Below the pieces are notes generated by a model. The model was not told where the DNA came from, did no database searches, and was given only the letters and a program-made list of their open reading frames with translations. Below are positions 1 through 11,043 of a stretch of 64,000 nucleotides of DNA, in pieces. This stretch comes from Candidatus Binatia bacterium (lineage in GTDB: Bacteria > Desulfobacterota > Binatia > UBA9968). The translations under genes were made by a program, and so were the position numbers. The stretch spans positions 7,637 through 71,636 of the forward strand of contig DASYRN010000045.1 in the NCBI GenBank assembly GCA_036004365.1, read 5' to 3'. Position 1 is the stretch's first letter. Each line of letters begins with the position of its first letter.

Positions 1-369
1 CGTAGAGATTACGACGAAGCTTGGAAGTTCCTGGAGCAAAAAGATTACAAGCGAGCCATCGATCGCTTCAAGGGCTTTGTGAAGAAGTATCCGAAGAGCG
101 CCTATGCGGACAATGCCCAGTACTGGATCGGCGAATGTCATTACGCCCTGAGAGAGTTTGACCAGGCGATCCTGGAATTCGACGCTGTCCGGCGCAATTA
201 CCCAAAGGGAGATAAAGTGCCGGCTGCGCTCCTTAAGCAGGGATTTGCCTTCGCTGAGCTGGGAGACAAGGTCGATGCCCGTCTGATTCTCCAGGAATTG
301 ATCAATCGATATCCTCAGTCATCGGAAGCGTCCAAAGCCAAGCAGAAACTCAAGTCTCTGGAATCGTAG
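1..369 (+). CDS. ybgF: Tol-Pal system protein YbgF/CpoB, C-terminal part (5' end lies upstream of the window)
   Basis: Frame-1 ORF is open from nt 1. TPR-like tail with conserved ...YWIGECHY...LLKQGFAFAELGDK... typical of the YbgF C-terminus. Confidence 0.6.
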   Translation, partial: RRDYDEAWKFLEQKDYKRAIDRFKGFVKKYPKSAYADNAQYWIGECHYALREFDQAILEFDAVRRNYPKGDKVPAALLKQGFAFAELGDKVDARLILQELINRYPQSSEASKAKQKLKSLES

Positions 370-504
370 CGTAGTCACTGGAATCCCGCACTCTAAAGAC
401 TAACCTTAGCGTTGAATAGCTTTCAGCAGTCAGCCATCCGCAAGACAGATAAGGCCGGAGAACGAAGCTGAATACTGAGTGCTGAAGGTTGTTATCCAAA
501 AATC

Positions 505-1461
505 ATGCAGATTTACCGCCATATCGAGGATCGTGAAGTTTCACTTCGAGATCCCATATTGACGATGGGGAATTTTGACGGCGTTCATCTGGGTCACCAA
601 GCTCTTTTGTCCCGCATCGTTAAGGAAGCCCGAGAGAGGAAGGGCTCGTCTACTGTTCTGACTTTCGAGCCCCATCCCCTGAAGATTCTCGCGCCGAATC
701 GGGCGCCGCGGTTGATTTTGGCGCACAAGGACAAGATGCGCTTGCTCCAATCGCTGGGAATCGATGTCGTCATTATTCAGACGTTCAATTCCGCCTTCGC
801 GAATCTCGAGGCGGAGGAATTTGTCCGACGCTACCTTGTCAATCGGATCAAGGTTCGTAAAATTTGGGTCGGAAAGGATCTGAGGTTTGGCAAAGCGAGA
901 AAGGGCAGAGTGGAGGATTTGATCCGATGGGGAAAAGAGACCGGATTCGAGGTCGGAATCATAGAGCCCATACAGGTTGAAGGTGAGCGGATCAGTAGCA
1001 GCCGCATTAGGGAGCTCCTATTGAAGGGCGAGGTGCATGAGGCCGAAAGATTTCTCGGCCGCTACCATTTCATCTCAGGGAGAGTCGTGCGGGGACACCA
1101 GAGAGGTCGGCAGCTCGGGTTTCCGACTGCGAATATTATGAGCCAGACCGAAGTGCTGCCCGCGGACGGAATCTACGCTACGCTCTTGGAATCCGACGGA
1201 CGCCGTTGGCCGAGCGTCTCTAACATAGGAATCAATCCCACGTTTGGCTCGGGGCCGAGAACCATCGAGAGTTACCTGTTTGAGTTTTCCGGAGATCTCT
1301 ACGGCCAAACCGTGAGGCTGTTCTTTGTGAAGAGGATCCGGGAGGAAAAGAAATTTTCTTCAGCGGAAGTCTTGGTGGAGCAGATGAAGAAGGATGTTGC
1401 GAGCGCGCAGGAGATCCTGAGCCAGCTCCGGCCCCAAGAGGGCGCGGAACTTTCAAGGTAA
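505..1461 (+). CDS. ribF: bifunctional riboflavin kinase / FMN adenylyltransferase
   Basis: N-terminal GNFDGVHLGHQ nucleotidyltransferase motif; C-terminal riboflavin kinase region (GFPTANI, PTFG); 318 aa. Confidence 0.9.
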   Translation: MQIYRHIEDREVSLRDPILTMGNFDGVHLGHQALLSRIVKEARERKGSSTVLTFEPHPLKILAPNRAPRLILAHKDKMRLLQSLGIDVVIIQTFNSAFANLEAEEFVRRYLVNRIKVRKIWVGKDLRFGKARKGRVEDLIRWGKETGFEVGIIEPIQVEGERISSSRIRELLLKGEVHEAERFLGRYHFISGRVVRGHQRGRQLGFPTANIMSQTEVLPADGIYATLLESDGRRWPSVSNIGINPTFGSGPRTIESYLFEFSGDLYGQTVRLFFVKRIREEKKFSSAEVLVEQMKKDVASAQEILSQLRPQEGAELSR

Positions 1462-1472
1462 CCTGAGCGCCC

Positions 1473-2447
1473 ATGCAGGTTGCCGTAACCGAGCAGGAAG
1501 ATGCGGGGACGCGCCTGGACCTGTTTTTGGCGCGTCGCAAGCTGGCTGCACCGGAGTGGAGCCGCTCGGCCATCCAGAAAATGATTCAGGAAGGAGCGAT
1601 CCTGCTTAACGGTCTTCGACCTAAGCCCAGCACGCGTCTTAAACTCAACGATCTCGTCGAAATTCGCGGCCTTCCCGTCAAGAACGCGAGGGTGGTGCCC
1701 GAGCCGATTCCTCTAGATGTTCTCTATGAAGATGCGGATTGCATCGCGGTCAACAAGCCGCCCGGCATCGTTGTCCATCCTGCGGCGGGAAAACAAACCG
1801 GGACTTTGGTGAACGCTCTCCTTTATCACTGTCGCGATCTCAAAGGCATCGGAGGAGAGCGGAGGCCCGGGATCGTCCACCGATTGGACAAGGACACTTC
1901 GGGCGTAATGATTGTCGCGAAGCATGCGCGGGCCTTCCATGGATTGGCCTTGCAGTTCAAGGAAAGGCGCATTCTCAAAGAGTATGTCGCGCTGGTGTGG
2001 GGCAAGGTGAAGCCAGAGAAGGGCCATATCCGTCGTCCGATCGGGCGCCACCGCAGGGACCGGAAAAGGATGTCGAGCCTCTACGCCTTGCCGCGGTTGA
2101 GAGAGGCAACGACAGAGTGGCACGTCGAAGAGCGCTTTCGTGTGGGCTCAGCGGTCGACTCATGGGTTACTTGGTTACGCGTTAAACCCTATACGGGACG
2201 AACCCATCAAATCCGAGTGCATTTATCCGATGAGGGATTCCCGATCGTGGGCGATAGGATTTACGGGCAAAAACAAAAGCGGCTCTCGACCTTGGCGCCT
2301 GCTGAGCTGCTGAACTTTCCGCGTCAGGCGCTCCATGCGGAGAGACTTCGATTTGACCACCCAGTGACGGGGAGACCGGTGGAGATTCGCGCTCCGCTCT
2401 TTTCCGATATGGAAGGTCTTCTACAGCGCTTAAGGAAGCCAGAGTGA
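1473..2447 (+). CDS. rluD: 23S rRNA pseudouridine synthase, RluA family (RluD-like) with S4 domain
   Basis: HRLDKDTSGVMIVAK catalytic motif; S4-like N-terminus; usual position between ribF and rho. Confidence 0.85.
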   Translation: MQVAVTEQEDAGTRLDLFLARRKLAAPEWSRSAIQKMIQEGAILLNGLRPKPSTRLKLNDLVEIRGLPVKNARVVPEPIPLDVLYEDADCIAVNKPPGIVVHPAAGKQTGTLVNALLYHCRDLKGIGGERRPGIVHRLDKDTSGVMIVAKHARAFHGLALQFKERRILKEYVALVWGKVKPEKGHIRRPIGRHRRDRKRMSSLYALPRLREATTEWHVEERFRVGSAVDSWVTWLRVKPYTGRTHQIRVHLSDEGFPIVGDRIYGQKQKRLSTLAPAELLNFPRQALHAERLRFDHPVTGRPVEIRAPLFSDMEGLLQRLRKPE

Positions 2448-2473
2448 TCAATCGAAAAACAAAGCGTGGGGGG

Positions 2474-2505
2474 TTGACAAGAGAACGGGTTTTTTTTAGT
2501 ATAAG
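2474..2505 (+). promoter_or_regulatory. sigma70-like promoter at the start of the rho leader
   Basis: TTGACA (2474-2479), 17-nt spacer, TAGTAT/TATAAG (2497-2505); about 285 nt upstream of the rho ATG. Confidence 0.4.
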
Positions 2506-2787
2506 TAGAGTAATAATCAAGTCAACGTTCTCTAAGACAAAGCCCACGCGCAAGGTAATCACTCCGACCTAAACTTTAATTTGGATTTCGAACGAACGGT
2601 TTCGTCTGTGTCAAGTTCCCTATTACCTTGAGACGCTCCCCGCGAAAAGATCGACCTGCCTGAGGCAGGTAGCTGCCAATTTGTTTGGTAATCCTTGCGT
2701 GGTGTGAGGACGATTGCAGGCGGATCCTGAAGATGAGAATCGGCTTTCAGGAAATTTATTCTGCGGGATGAAAGGAGAGGTATATCA

Positions 2788-4086
2788 ATGGTACGTGGAA
2801 GGACCAAGGCCGAACCAGAGACTGTAGACGAGAACGGGCTCAATCTTAAGTCTCTTAAAGAAAAAAAGATCAGCGAGCTGGCATTGATTGGAAAGAACTT
2901 CAATATCGAGGGCGCAGCCAATATGCGCAAGCAGGAGCTCATCTTCGCCATATTGCAAGCTCAAACGGAGCAGAACGGGTACATTTACGGTGAGGGCGTG
3001 CTGGAGACGCTTCCTGACGGCTTTGGTTTCCTCAGGGCGCCGGACTATAACTATCTGCCCGGCCCCGACGATATTTACGTCTCTCCCAGCCAGATCCGGC
3101 GCTTCAATCTTCGCACGGGCGACATCATCTCAGGACATATCCGCCCTCCCAAAGAGGGCGAGCGTTACTTCGCCCTGCTCAAGGTGGAGTCCATCAATTA
3201 TGAGGATCCGGAAAAGGCGAGGGAAAAGATCCTCTTCGATAACCTCACTCCTCTTTATCCCAACCAACGGTTCCAGTTGGAATACCTGCCCGACGAATAT
3301 ACGACGCGGGTCGTCGATCTTATGACCCCGATCGGAAAAGGGCAAAGGGGGCTCATCGTCGCGGCCCCGCGCACGGGTAAGACCATGATGCTGCAGGCCA
3401 TCGCTAAGGCCGTGGCCCAGAACCATAAAGAGGTTATTTTGATCGTTCTTCTGATCGACGAGCGGCCAGAAGAGGTTACGGACATGCAGCGGTCTGTGGA
3501 TGGAGAGGTGGTGAGCTCCACGTTTGATGAGCCGGCCACGCGCCACGTGCAAGTCGCCGAGATGGTGATCGAGAAAGCCAAACGCTTAGTGGAGCATGGA
3601 AAGGACGTTGTCATCCTTCTCGATAGCATCACCCGGCTCGCACGGGCGTACAACACGGTTGTGCCGCCCAGCGGCAAGATTTTGTCCGGCGGCGTCGATT
3701 CCAATGCGCTTCACAAGCCGAAGAAATTTTTTGGGGCAGCGCGCAATATCGAGGACGGGGGAAGCCTGACGATTATTGCGACGGCGCTTATCGATACGGG
3801 AAGCCGCATGGACGAGGTGATCTTCGAGGAATTTAAAGGGACCGGTAATATGGAGATTCATCTGGACCGTCGGCTGATGGATAAGAGGGTTTTCCCGGCT
3901 ATTGACATCAACAAGTCGGGCACAAGAAAAGAAGAGCTTTTGATACCCAAGGAAGATTTGAATCGGATCTGGATCCTGCGCAAGGTATTGTCTCAACTCA
4001 GTGTGGTTGAGGCTATGGAATTTTTGCTGGATAAGATTCGTGGGACCAAAAACAACAAGGAATTTCTCGAATCCATGAATCAATAA
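2788..4086 (+). CDS. rho: transcription termination factor Rho
   Basis: 432 aa; N-terminal RNA-binding region, Walker A GKT and Rho-typical C-terminus; preceded by a long leader. Confidence 0.95.
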   Translation: MVRGRTKAEPETVDENGLNLKSLKEKKISELALIGKNFNIEGAANMRKQELIFAILQAQTEQNGYIYGEGVLETLPDGFGFLRAPDYNYLPGPDDIYVSPSQIRRFNLRTGDIISGHIRPPKEGERYFALLKVESINYEDPEKAREKILFDNLTPLYPNQRFQLEYLPDEYTTRVVDLMTPIGKGQRGLIVAAPRTGKTMMLQAIAKAVAQNHKEVILIVLLIDERPEEVTDMQRSVDGEVVSSTFDEPATRHVQVAEMVIEKAKRLVEHGKDVVILLDSITRLARAYNTVVPPSGKILSGGVDSNALHKPKKFFGAARNIEDGGSLTIIATALIDTGSRMDEVIFEEFKGTGNMEIHLDRRLMDKRVFPAIDINKSGTRKEELLIPKEDLNRIWILRKVLSQLSVVEAMEFLLDKIRGTKNNKEFLESMNQ

Positions 4087-4325
4087 ATGCCCCGTTCCCC
4101 CCTTATGACCGCCTTGCACAGGCTGCCGATCTTTGTTACAACCCCTAAATTGCCGAGTTGTTTGTATTGATTTCCAGATGCCCCTATTTTTCTGGCTCTG
4201 CGGGGGTAATCATCCTGGATAGAAAATTTCACACCCTTCCGGATCCCTTTCTAGGGTGCTCAGGTTTACGGGAATAGTTGGGAGTCGATGGAAGGGGAGG
4301 AGACCACAAAGGAGTAAACTTCTTT

Positions 4326-5117
4326 ATGACCGAGATCGCTATGAAGCAGCTCTTGGAAGCGGGCGTCCATTTTGGCCACCAGACGAGCCGCTGGAACCCG
4401 AAGATGAAGCCCTATATTTTCGGCGCGCGCAACGGAATCCATATTATCGACCTGCAGCAGACCGTTGCTATGTTCAAGGACGCCGCTGCCTTCCTTCGCG
4501 ACCTGGCGTCTTCGGGAGGGCATATCCTCTTCGTGGGGACCAAGAAGCAGGCGCAGGAGGCGATCAAGGAGGAGGCGCAAAGGTGCGGCATGTTTTATGT
4601 CCACAACCGTTGGCTAGGAGGAACGCTGACGAATTTTGCAACGATCCGGCAGAGTATTGAGAGGTTGAGAAAAATCGAAGAGATGGAGAATGATCCGAAG
4701 ATTGTCGAGGCCTTGACCAAAAAGGAGCTGCTGGGCCTCAAGCGTGAAAAGGAAAAGCTGGAGCAGTCTCTAGGCGGCATCAAAGGCATGAGGAAACTAC
4801 CCGAAGCGATCTTTGTGGTCGATCCCAAGCAGGAAGAGATCGCGGTTCGGGAGGCCAGGAAGCTCGGGATCCCCGTCGTCGCCGTCGTAGACACGAATTG
4901 TGATCCGGATATGGTCGATTACAAAGTTCCTGGAAATGATGACGCCATCCGGGCGATCCGGCTTTTCTGCGCCGCTTTCGCCGACGCGATTATCGAAGGG
5001 AAGACGATCTACGAGCAGTCCTTGGCCGGCAAGGAGAAGGAGGAGAAGGAATCCTCAGCGGCTCCTCAGGTGCACGAGACGGTCGAAAATTCAGCGGCGG
5101 GAGGGACCGCATTCTGA
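4326..5117 (+). CDS. rpsB: 30S ribosomal protein S2
   Basis: [28 protein letters not shown]2 signature; AGGAG Shine-Dalgarno sequence ~12 nt upstream. The track ORF begins 16 codons earlier at a less likely start. Confidence 0.95.
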   Translation: MTEIAMKQLLEAGVHFGHQTSRWNPKMKPYIFGARNGIHIIDLQQTVAMFKDAAAFLRDLASSGGHILFVGTKKQAQEAIKEEAQRCGMFYVHNRWLGGTLTNFATIRQSIERLRKIEEMENDPKIVEALTKKELLGLKREKEKLEQSLGGIKGMRKLPEAIFVVDPKQEEIAVREARKLGIPVVAVVDTNCDPDMVDYKVPGNDDAIRAIRLFCAAFADAIIEGKTIYEQSLAGKEKEEKESSAAPQVHETVENSAAGGTAF

Positions 5118-5726
5118 ATGGAAGTCAGCGCTTCTACAGTCAAAGAGTTGCGCGAGAAGACCGGCGCCGGGATGATGGATTGCAAGAAGGCCCTCGCGGA
5201 GTCCGGCGGCGATGTGGAAAAGGCGATCGATTATCTTCGACGCAAAGGGCTCGCGGCAGCGGCGAAGAAGATGAGCCGCGTAGCCGGAGAGGGGCTCGTG
5301 GGCGCCTATGTGCACCCTGGGGGTAAGATCGGCGTCTTGGTGGAGTTGAATTGCGAAACCGACTTTGTGGCTCGCACAGCGGAATTTCAAAACCTGCTCA
5401 AGGATATTGCGATGCAGATTGCCGCCGCCAACCCACGCTACGTGAAGCCGGAAGACGTCCCTCAAGCGGAACTGGAACGCGAGCGGGAGATCTATCGCCG
5501 ACAGGCGCTTGAATCGGGAAAGCCCGAGGAAGTCTTAGATAAAATCGTAGAAGGAAAGCTGGAGCGTTATTATTCCGAGATTTGCCTGCTGGAGCAAGCT
5601 TTTATCAAAGACCCGGATCGCAAAGTAGGAGATTTCATAAAAGACGCGGTGTTTAAGCTCAAGGAAAATATCCAAGTGCGGCGCTTCGCGCGTTACCATC
5701 TCGGGGAAGGCGTCGAAAAGCCTTAG
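5118..5726 (+). CDS. tsf: elongation factor Ts
   Basis: Start overlaps the rpsB stop; UBA-like N-terminus [20 protein letters not shown]. Confidence 0.95.
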   Translation: MEVSASTVKELREKTGAGMMDCKKALAESGGDVEKAIDYLRRKGLAAAAKKMSRVAGEGLVGAYVHPGGKIGVLVELNCETDFVARTAEFQNLLKDIAMQIAAANPRYVKPEDVPQAELEREREIYRRQALESGKPEEVLDKIVEGKLERYYSEICLLEQAFIKDPDRKVGDFIKDAVFKLKENIQVRRFARYHLGEGVEKP

Positions 5727-5840
5727 GGTGCTTTAGGCCATTGCAAGCGCAAAGTGCAACAGTCAAAATTAAGAACTTTCGATCCTCGTTTTTGCATTTT
5801 TCAATTTGCATTCTTCATTTTGCCTTGACCGCTTCGGTCT

Positions 5841-6566
5841 ATGGGAATGCTCAAGTATAAACGGATCATCCTGAAAGTTACGGGAGAAGTCCTCGCCGGG
5901 GGCGAGAGGTACGGCATCGACAACAATATGCTGAGCTCCTTCGCCCAGGAAATCAAAGAGGTGAAGGAGATGGGGAGCGAGATCGCCCTGGTGATGGGTG
6001 GAGGGAATATCTTTCGCGGCGCGGAGCTGAGCGAGGGAGGGATCGAGCGGGCGACCGCGGATTACATGGGAATGCTGGCCACGGTGATCAACAGCTTGGC
6101 GCTGCAGGATGCGTTGGAGAAAATCGGCGTTCCCACGCGGTGCATGTCTGCGATTGAGATGCGTCAGGTCGCGGAGCCGTATATCCGCCGGCGGGCCACG
6201 CGTCATTTGGAGAAGGGCAGGGTGGTCATTTTTGCCGGAGGCACCGGCAATCCTTATTTCACAACCGACACCACCGCAAGCCTGCGGGCGATGGAAATCG
6301 GAGCCGAGGTGATCCTTAAAGCCACGAAAGTGGAAGGAGTCTATGACGCGGATCCCCTGAAGCACCATAGCGCGAAAAAATACGGTGAGCTGACCTACAT
6401 CGAAGTGCTTAATAAAGAGCTTAAGGTCATGGACTCCACGGCGATCTCTCTTTGCATGGATAATCGGTTGCCCATCGTCGTCTTCAATATTATGGAGAAG
6501 GGGAACATCAAGCGAGTAGTGAGTGGAGAGGAGATCGGGACTCTCGTAAGCGCGGGAAGAAGATGA
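5841..6566 (+). CDS. pyrH: UMP kinase
   Basis: KVTGEVLAG...[12 protein letters not shown] amino-acid-kinase motifs; 241 aa. Confidence 0.95.
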   Translation: MGMLKYKRIILKVTGEVLAGGERYGIDNNMLSSFAQEIKEVKEMGSEIALVMGGGNIFRGAELSEGGIERATADYMGMLATVINSLALQDALEKIGVPTRCMSAIEMRQVAEPYIRRRATRHLEKGRVVIFAGGTGNPYFTTDTTASLRAMEIGAEVILKATKVEGVYDADPLKHHSAKKYGELTYIEVLNKELKVMDSTAISLCMDNRLPIVVFNIMEKGNIKRVVSGEEIGTLVSAGRR

Positions 6567-7120
6567 ACGAGCCCTTTTTTGCCGATCTGCAAAAAGAGAT
6601 GGAGAAGTCGATCGCGGCCTTTCGCAAGGACCTGGCGAAGATTCGAACCGGCCGCGCTTCGACGGCGCTGCTCGAAGGGGTCATGGTCGATTACTACGGG
6701 ACTTCGACTCCACTCAACCAGTTAGCCAACCTGTCCGCTCCCGAGCCGCGCCTGTTGGTCATCCAGCCCTACGATCGCGGGGCCATCGGCAATATCGAGA
6801 AAGCCATTCTTAAGTCTGACCTCGGCCTGACGCCGAATAACGATGGGAAGGTGATCCGGATTCCCATCCCGGAATTGACCGAGGAGAGGCGCAAAGAGCT
6901 GGCCAAACATGTGAAGAAGATCGCCGAAGAATTTCGCGTATCGGTGCGCAATCATCGAAGGCTTGCGGTCGAGAAACTCAAGGAGATGGAGAAGAAAAAA
7001 GAACTCACCGCGGACGACCTTAAACACAGTCAGGACCGAGTCCAGAAAATGACCGACGAATATATCCTCCGGGTCGATAAGGTGCTCAAGGCGAAAGAAG
7101 ACGAGATCATGGAGGTCTGA
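6563..7120 (+). CDS. frr: ribosome recycling factor
   Basis: 185 aa; 4-nt overlap with pyrH; RRF signature TGRAS...LVIQPYD. Confidence 0.95.
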   Translation: MNEPFFADLQKEMEKSIAAFRKDLAKIRTGRASTALLEGVMVDYYGTSTPLNQLANLSAPEPRLLVIQPYDRGAIGNIEKAILKSDLGLTPNNDGKVIRIPIPELTEERRKELAKHVKKIAEEFRVSVRNHRRLAVEKLKEMEKKKELTADDLKHSQDRVQKMTDEYILRVDKVLKAKEDEIMEV

Positions 7121-7157
7121 GCGATCCCACCCTCCCTGCAAAAATCCCGCCTGTAAA

Positions 7158-7934
7158 ATGGATCTGAGGGGCCTAGACAAGAGTCGACTGCCCAAGCATG
7201 TCGCCATTATCATGGATGGTAATGGACGCTGGGCCAAACTCAGAGGCAAAAGCCGTATCGAAGGCCATCGGCGAGGCAAGACTTCAGTTCGGGCCGTCGT
7301 AGAGATGAGCCGAAAATTGGGGATTGCTTACCTTTCTCTCTACGCGTTTTCCATTGAGAACTGGATGCGCCCCAAGGCGGAGGTCCACGCGTTGATGACC
7401 CTGCTCGAGCATTACCTTGTGACCGAGCAGGCAAGGATGAACCGGCTGGGAATCCGTCTCCTTTCTATTGGTAACCGAAAGTGGCTTCCGGCTTCCGTGC
7501 TGAGGACCCTCGATAAAACCGTGAGAGCGACCAGCAAGAATAAAAGGATGACCGTCGTCCTAGCGCTGAGTTACAGCGGCCGCGACGATATTGTGAGAAT
7601 GGTCAAGAGAGTAGCCGCAAAAGTCAAAGATGGAAGCTGCACCCTAGAAGAAATCGATGAACGGATGGTCTCCACTCACGTCGAGACTAGATTCATTCCC
7701 GACCCGGACCTCCTCATCCGGACCAGCGGCGAGATGCGAATCAGCAACTTCTTCCTCTGGCAGATCCCTTATACGGAACTTTACGTCACGCCGACCCTGT
7801 GGCCCGATTTTCGAGAGGCGGAATACCTTCAAGCTCTATTGGAATTTCAGAGGCGCCGCAGGAGATTCGGGCGGACCGACGAGCAGCTGACGCCGTCCGC
7901 TTCGGAGGCCGGTGAAGCCCAAGATCATTCCTAG
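7158..7934 (+). CDS. uppS: ditrans,polycis-undecaprenyl-diphosphate synthase
   Basis: HVAIIMDGNGRWA and ...RTSGE.R.SNFLLWQ motifs. Confidence 0.9.
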   Translation: MDLRGLDKSRLPKHVAIIMDGNGRWAKLRGKSRIEGHRRGKTSVRAVVEMSRKLGIAYLSLYAFSIENWMRPKAEVHALMTLLEHYLVTEQARMNRLGIRLLSIGNRKWLPASVLRTLDKTVRATSKNKRMTVVLALSYSGRDDIVRMVKRVAAKVKDGSCTLEEIDERMVSTHVETRFIPDPDLLIRTSGEMRISNFFLWQIPYTELYVTPTLWPDFREAEYLQALLEFQRRRRRFGRTDEQLTPSASEAGEAQDHS

Positions 7935-8718
7935 AACGATCACCGCCCTGATCGGAATCCCCGTCCTGATCGCCATCATCAGCTGGGCGCGCCCGTGGCA
8001 GTTCGCCTTGGTGATTTTTCTCCTCACGCTAAAAGCCCTTCATGAATACTTTTCCCTCGTCTTTCCCGAGGACTGGGGGCACCGGGCGTTTGGCATCATC
8101 CTCGGCGCGCTCGTCTCTTGCGGAATAGTAATTCCTGCCTTCCGTGAAGCGAGTCTTGGGCTGGCGGGCTTGGTTGCCGTCATCTTCGCTGTTTATCTTT
8201 TTTCCGGTCCTAATTTGCGTGGCCGGTATCCGCGCCTCGGATGGACGCTTCTCGGAGCGCTCTACGTCGGTTATCTGATCCCGCATTTCAGCCTTCTCTA
8301 CAATTTACCTTCCGGAAGTGATTGGATTTTCTGGCTTCTTTCGGTCATCATGATCGGGGATAGCGCGGCTTATTTCATCGGCTCTTCGTTCGGGAAGAGG
8401 AAGCTTTCTCCGAGAATCAGTCCAGGTAAAACGGTTGAAGGCGCGTGGGCGTCGATGGCGGCAAGCCTTTGCGCGGGCGTTGTCGCAGGAATGTTTTTGC
8501 TGCCGCATTTGGCATGGCAAGAGTTGCTGTTGCTTGCGCTTGTTCTGAACGTCGTAGGGCAGGCAGGCGACCTCTTCGAGTCCTGGATCAAACGAAGCTT
8601 TTCCGTGAAGGACTCCGGGGCTATTCTTCCCGGCCACGGAGGGTTGCTCGATCGCATCGATAGTCTTATATTCCCGGTTGCTTTAACCACCTATTACATT
8701 AAGCTCTTTCACTCATGA
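7912..8718 (+). CDS. cdsA: phosphatidate cytidylyltransferase
   Basis: Polytopic membrane protein; C-terminal GHGGLLDRIDSL signature; overlaps the uppS 3' end. Confidence 0.85.
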   Translation: MKPKIIPRTITALIGIPVLIAIISWARPWQFALVIFLLTLKALHEYFSLVFPEDWGHRAFGIILGALVSCGIVIPAFREASLGLAGLVAVIFAVYLFSGPNLRGRYPRLGWTLLGALYVGYLIPHFSLLYNLPSGSDWIFWLLSVIMIGDSAAYFIGSSFGKRKLSPRISPGKTVEGAWASMAASLCAGVVAGMFLLPHLAWQELLLLALVLNVVGQAGDLFESWIKRSFSVKDSGAILPGHGGLLDRIDSLIFPVALTTYYIKLFHS

Positions 8719-9869
8719 AGTCCCTTGTCATTCTCGGTTCTACTGGCAGCATCGGGATAAACGCGCTCGATCTGGTGCGTCGTTTCCCTGACAAGTTTAG
8801 AGTGCGAGGCCTCGTCGCCGGCCGGAACCTAAAGCTCCTGGCGGCGCAGGCGCGCGAGTTTTCTCCAGACTGGATAAGTATCCGGGAGCAAGGCGAGGTC
8901 TCGCTCCTGAGTGAGCTTTTGCACAACCGAAAGGTTGAGATCCTATGGGGCGAGCAAGGGGCTATTTCCATTGCTAGGGCCGAGGGCGTTGACGTGGTCT
9001 TGGCGGCTATTGTCGGAGGCGCAGGTTTGGTGCCGACGTTGGAGGCGGTGCGCGCCGGGAAAGAGGTTGCGCTTGCGAATAAAGAAGCTCTGGTCATGGC
9101 GGGGGAAATTTTTGTCGCGGAAGCAAAAAAAAAAGGCGTGAGGCTCTTTCCCGTGGATAGCGAGCACAGCGCAATCTTCCAGTGCCTCCAGGGAAACCGG
9201 CGTGATGAGGTCGATCGAATCATTCTCACAGCCTCCGGCGGCCCTTTTCTCCGCGCTTCGTTGAAGAGTCTCAATCGGGTCAGCGTGAAGCAGGCCCTCA
9301 AACATCCGAATTGGAAAATGGGGCCCAAGATTACGGTCGATTCGGCCACGATGATGAACAAAGGTCTCGAGGTGGTTGAGGCCAGATGGTTATTTGATAT
9401 GATACCCACTCAGGTAGAGGTTGTAATTCATCCCGAGAGCATCATCCATTCCATGGTCCGATACCAGGACGGCTCGATCATCGCGCAATTGGGCATCCCC
9501 GACATGCGCATACCGATCGCCTATGCCCTTTCTTTTCCGCATCGACTCAAGGCGGGACTCAGGTCGCTTGAGTTGACCCGGCTCGGTAAGCTAACTTTTC
9601 TTCCGGTCGAAAAGAGGAGATATCCGGCTCTGGGTTTGGCTTACCGGGCTTTGGCTGTGGGAGGCACGATGCCCGCAGTTCTGAATGCCGCGAACGAGAT
9701 CGCGGTCGGCGCCTTCCTGGACAAACGGATCGGATTCCGGCAGATTCATCGGGTGATCGAGAAGACTATGGAGAGCCACACCACGCTCCGGCCAAAGGAG
9801 GTGGGCGAGATTCTCGAGGTGGATCGCTGGGCGAGGGAGAAAAGCCGGACTCTTGTCGAGAAGATCTAA
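8715..9869 (+). CDS. dxr: 1-deoxy-D-xylulose 5-phosphate reductoisomerase
   Basis: ILGSTGSIG NADPH motif; 384 aa; follows cdsA as in the conserved cluster. Confidence 0.9.
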   Translation: MKSLVILGSTGSIGINALDLVRRFPDKFRVRGLVAGRNLKLLAAQAREFSPDWISIREQGEVSLLSELLHNRKVEILWGEQGAISIARAEGVDVVLAAIVGGAGLVPTLEAVRAGKEVALANKEALVMAGEIFVAEAKKKGVRLFPVDSEHSAIFQCLQGNRRDEVDRIILTASGGPFLRASLKSLNRVSVKQALKHPNWKMGPKITVDSATMMNKGLEVVEARWLFDMIPTQVEVVIHPESIIHSMVRYQDGSIIAQLGIPDMRIPIAYALSFPHRLKAGLRSLELTRLGKLTFLPVEKRRYPALGLAYRALAVGGTMPAVLNAANEIAVGAFLDKRIGFRQIHRVIEKTMESHTTLRPKEVGEILEVDRWAREKSRTLVEKI

Positions 9870-9881
9870 AGGAGAAAGCGA

Positions 9882-10952
9882 ATGTTAACCGTTGCTTATG
9901 CCATCGTTTCAGCCCTTATAGGGTTAGGGGTTTTGATCATTATTCACGAGTTGGGCCACTTCCTTGTGGCCAAAAAGCTCGGCGTGGGGGTTTTAACCTT
10001 TTCAGTCGGCTTTGGCCCCAAGCTCTTAAAGCGAAAGATCGGTGAAACCGAATACGCCTTGAGCGCCTTCCCCCTTGGAGGATACGTCAAAATGATTGGA
10101 GAGGATCCGGAGGAAGAGGTTAGCCAGGCGGATATCGAGCGATCTTTTTCCCACCAGGGAGTCGGAAAGCGCGCGGCGATCGTTGCCGCGGGTCCGCTGT
10201 TTAACCTGCTGCTCGCTGTCGTACTCTTCGGCGCCATCTTCATGTTCTACGGGGTCCCGCTCCTGACAACCCGAATCGCCGGCGTTGAGCCGGGTTCTCC
10301 AGCCGCGAAGGCGGGGATACAAAAGGGTGACCGCGTCGTTGCCGTAGACGGCGACGCGATAAGAGAATGGGAGGAGCTTTCGGCTCGGATCAAGCAAAGT
10401 CAGGGCAAACCTTTACAGCTAACGGTTCAAAGAGCGGATCAGGAGATCACCGTCACGGTTCAGCCGACCATGAGAGAGGGAAAAAACATCTTCGGAGAAA
10501 CAATAGACACCTGGGTCATTGGAATCGCCAGCGAGGTCTCGATGGAAAAAAGCAACCCTTTGTTGGCGATCGGAAATGGATTTTACAAGACCGGAGAATA
10601 TTCGGTTCTCACCCTGCTCGGCCTTGTGAAGATGATCAGAGGGGATGTGTCGCCGAAAAATCTCGGCGGTCCTCTTTTGATCGCCCAGATGGCTGGCCAG
10701 CAGGCGCAAGAGGGGCTGGCAAGTTTTTTATTTTTCGTCGCGATACTGAGTGTCAATCTTGGAGTATTGAATCTCCTGCCGATTCCCGTTCTTGACGGCG
10801 GCCATCTGCTTTTTTTCCTGATCGAGTCGCTCTTGGGCCGGCCGGTTGAGGTAAAACATCGGGAGAGGGCGCAGCAGATCGGAATTTTTGTTCTGATCCT
10901 CATCATGGTTTATGCCTTCTATAACGATATCTCCAGGTTATTCGAAGGATAA
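9882..10952 (+). CDS. rseP: RIP zinc metalloprotease RseP (site-2 protease)
   Basis: HELGHFL near the N-terminus; a PDZ region; C-terminal LDGG; 356 aa. Confidence 0.85.
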   Translation: MLTVAYAIVSALIGLGVLIIIHELGHFLVAKKLGVGVLTFSVGFGPKLLKRKIGETEYALSAFPLGGYVKMIGEDPEEEVSQADIERSFSHQGVGKRAAIVAAGPLFNLLLAVVLFGAIFMFYGVPLLTTRIAGVEPGSPAAKAGIQKGDRVVAVDGDAIREWEELSARIKQSQGKPLQLTVQRADQEITVTVQPTMREGKNIFGETIDTWVIGIASEVSMEKSNPLLAIGNGFYKTGEYSVLTLLGLVKMIRGDVSPKNLGGPLLIAQMAGQQAQEGLASFLFFVAILSVNLGVLNLLPIPVLDGGHLLFFLIESLLGRPVEVKHRERAQQIGIFVLILIMVYAFYNDISRLFEG

Positions 10953-10964
10953 TCTAGTAAGTCA

Positions 10965-11034
10965 GTTTCGAGTTTTGGATGCTTAATTCTTAGTTGTGTT
11001 AATCCTCAGCAACTCAAAACTTAAAACTCAAAAC
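10965..11034. repeat. GTTTCGAG / AACTCAAAAC inverted-repeat hairpin element (family F3)
   Basis: GTTTCGAGTTTTG at 10965-10977 faces AAAACTCAAAAC near 11023-11034; the same core is at 13936-13977 and 40349-40378. Confidence 0.4.
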
Positions 11035-11043
11035 TAGAAATTC

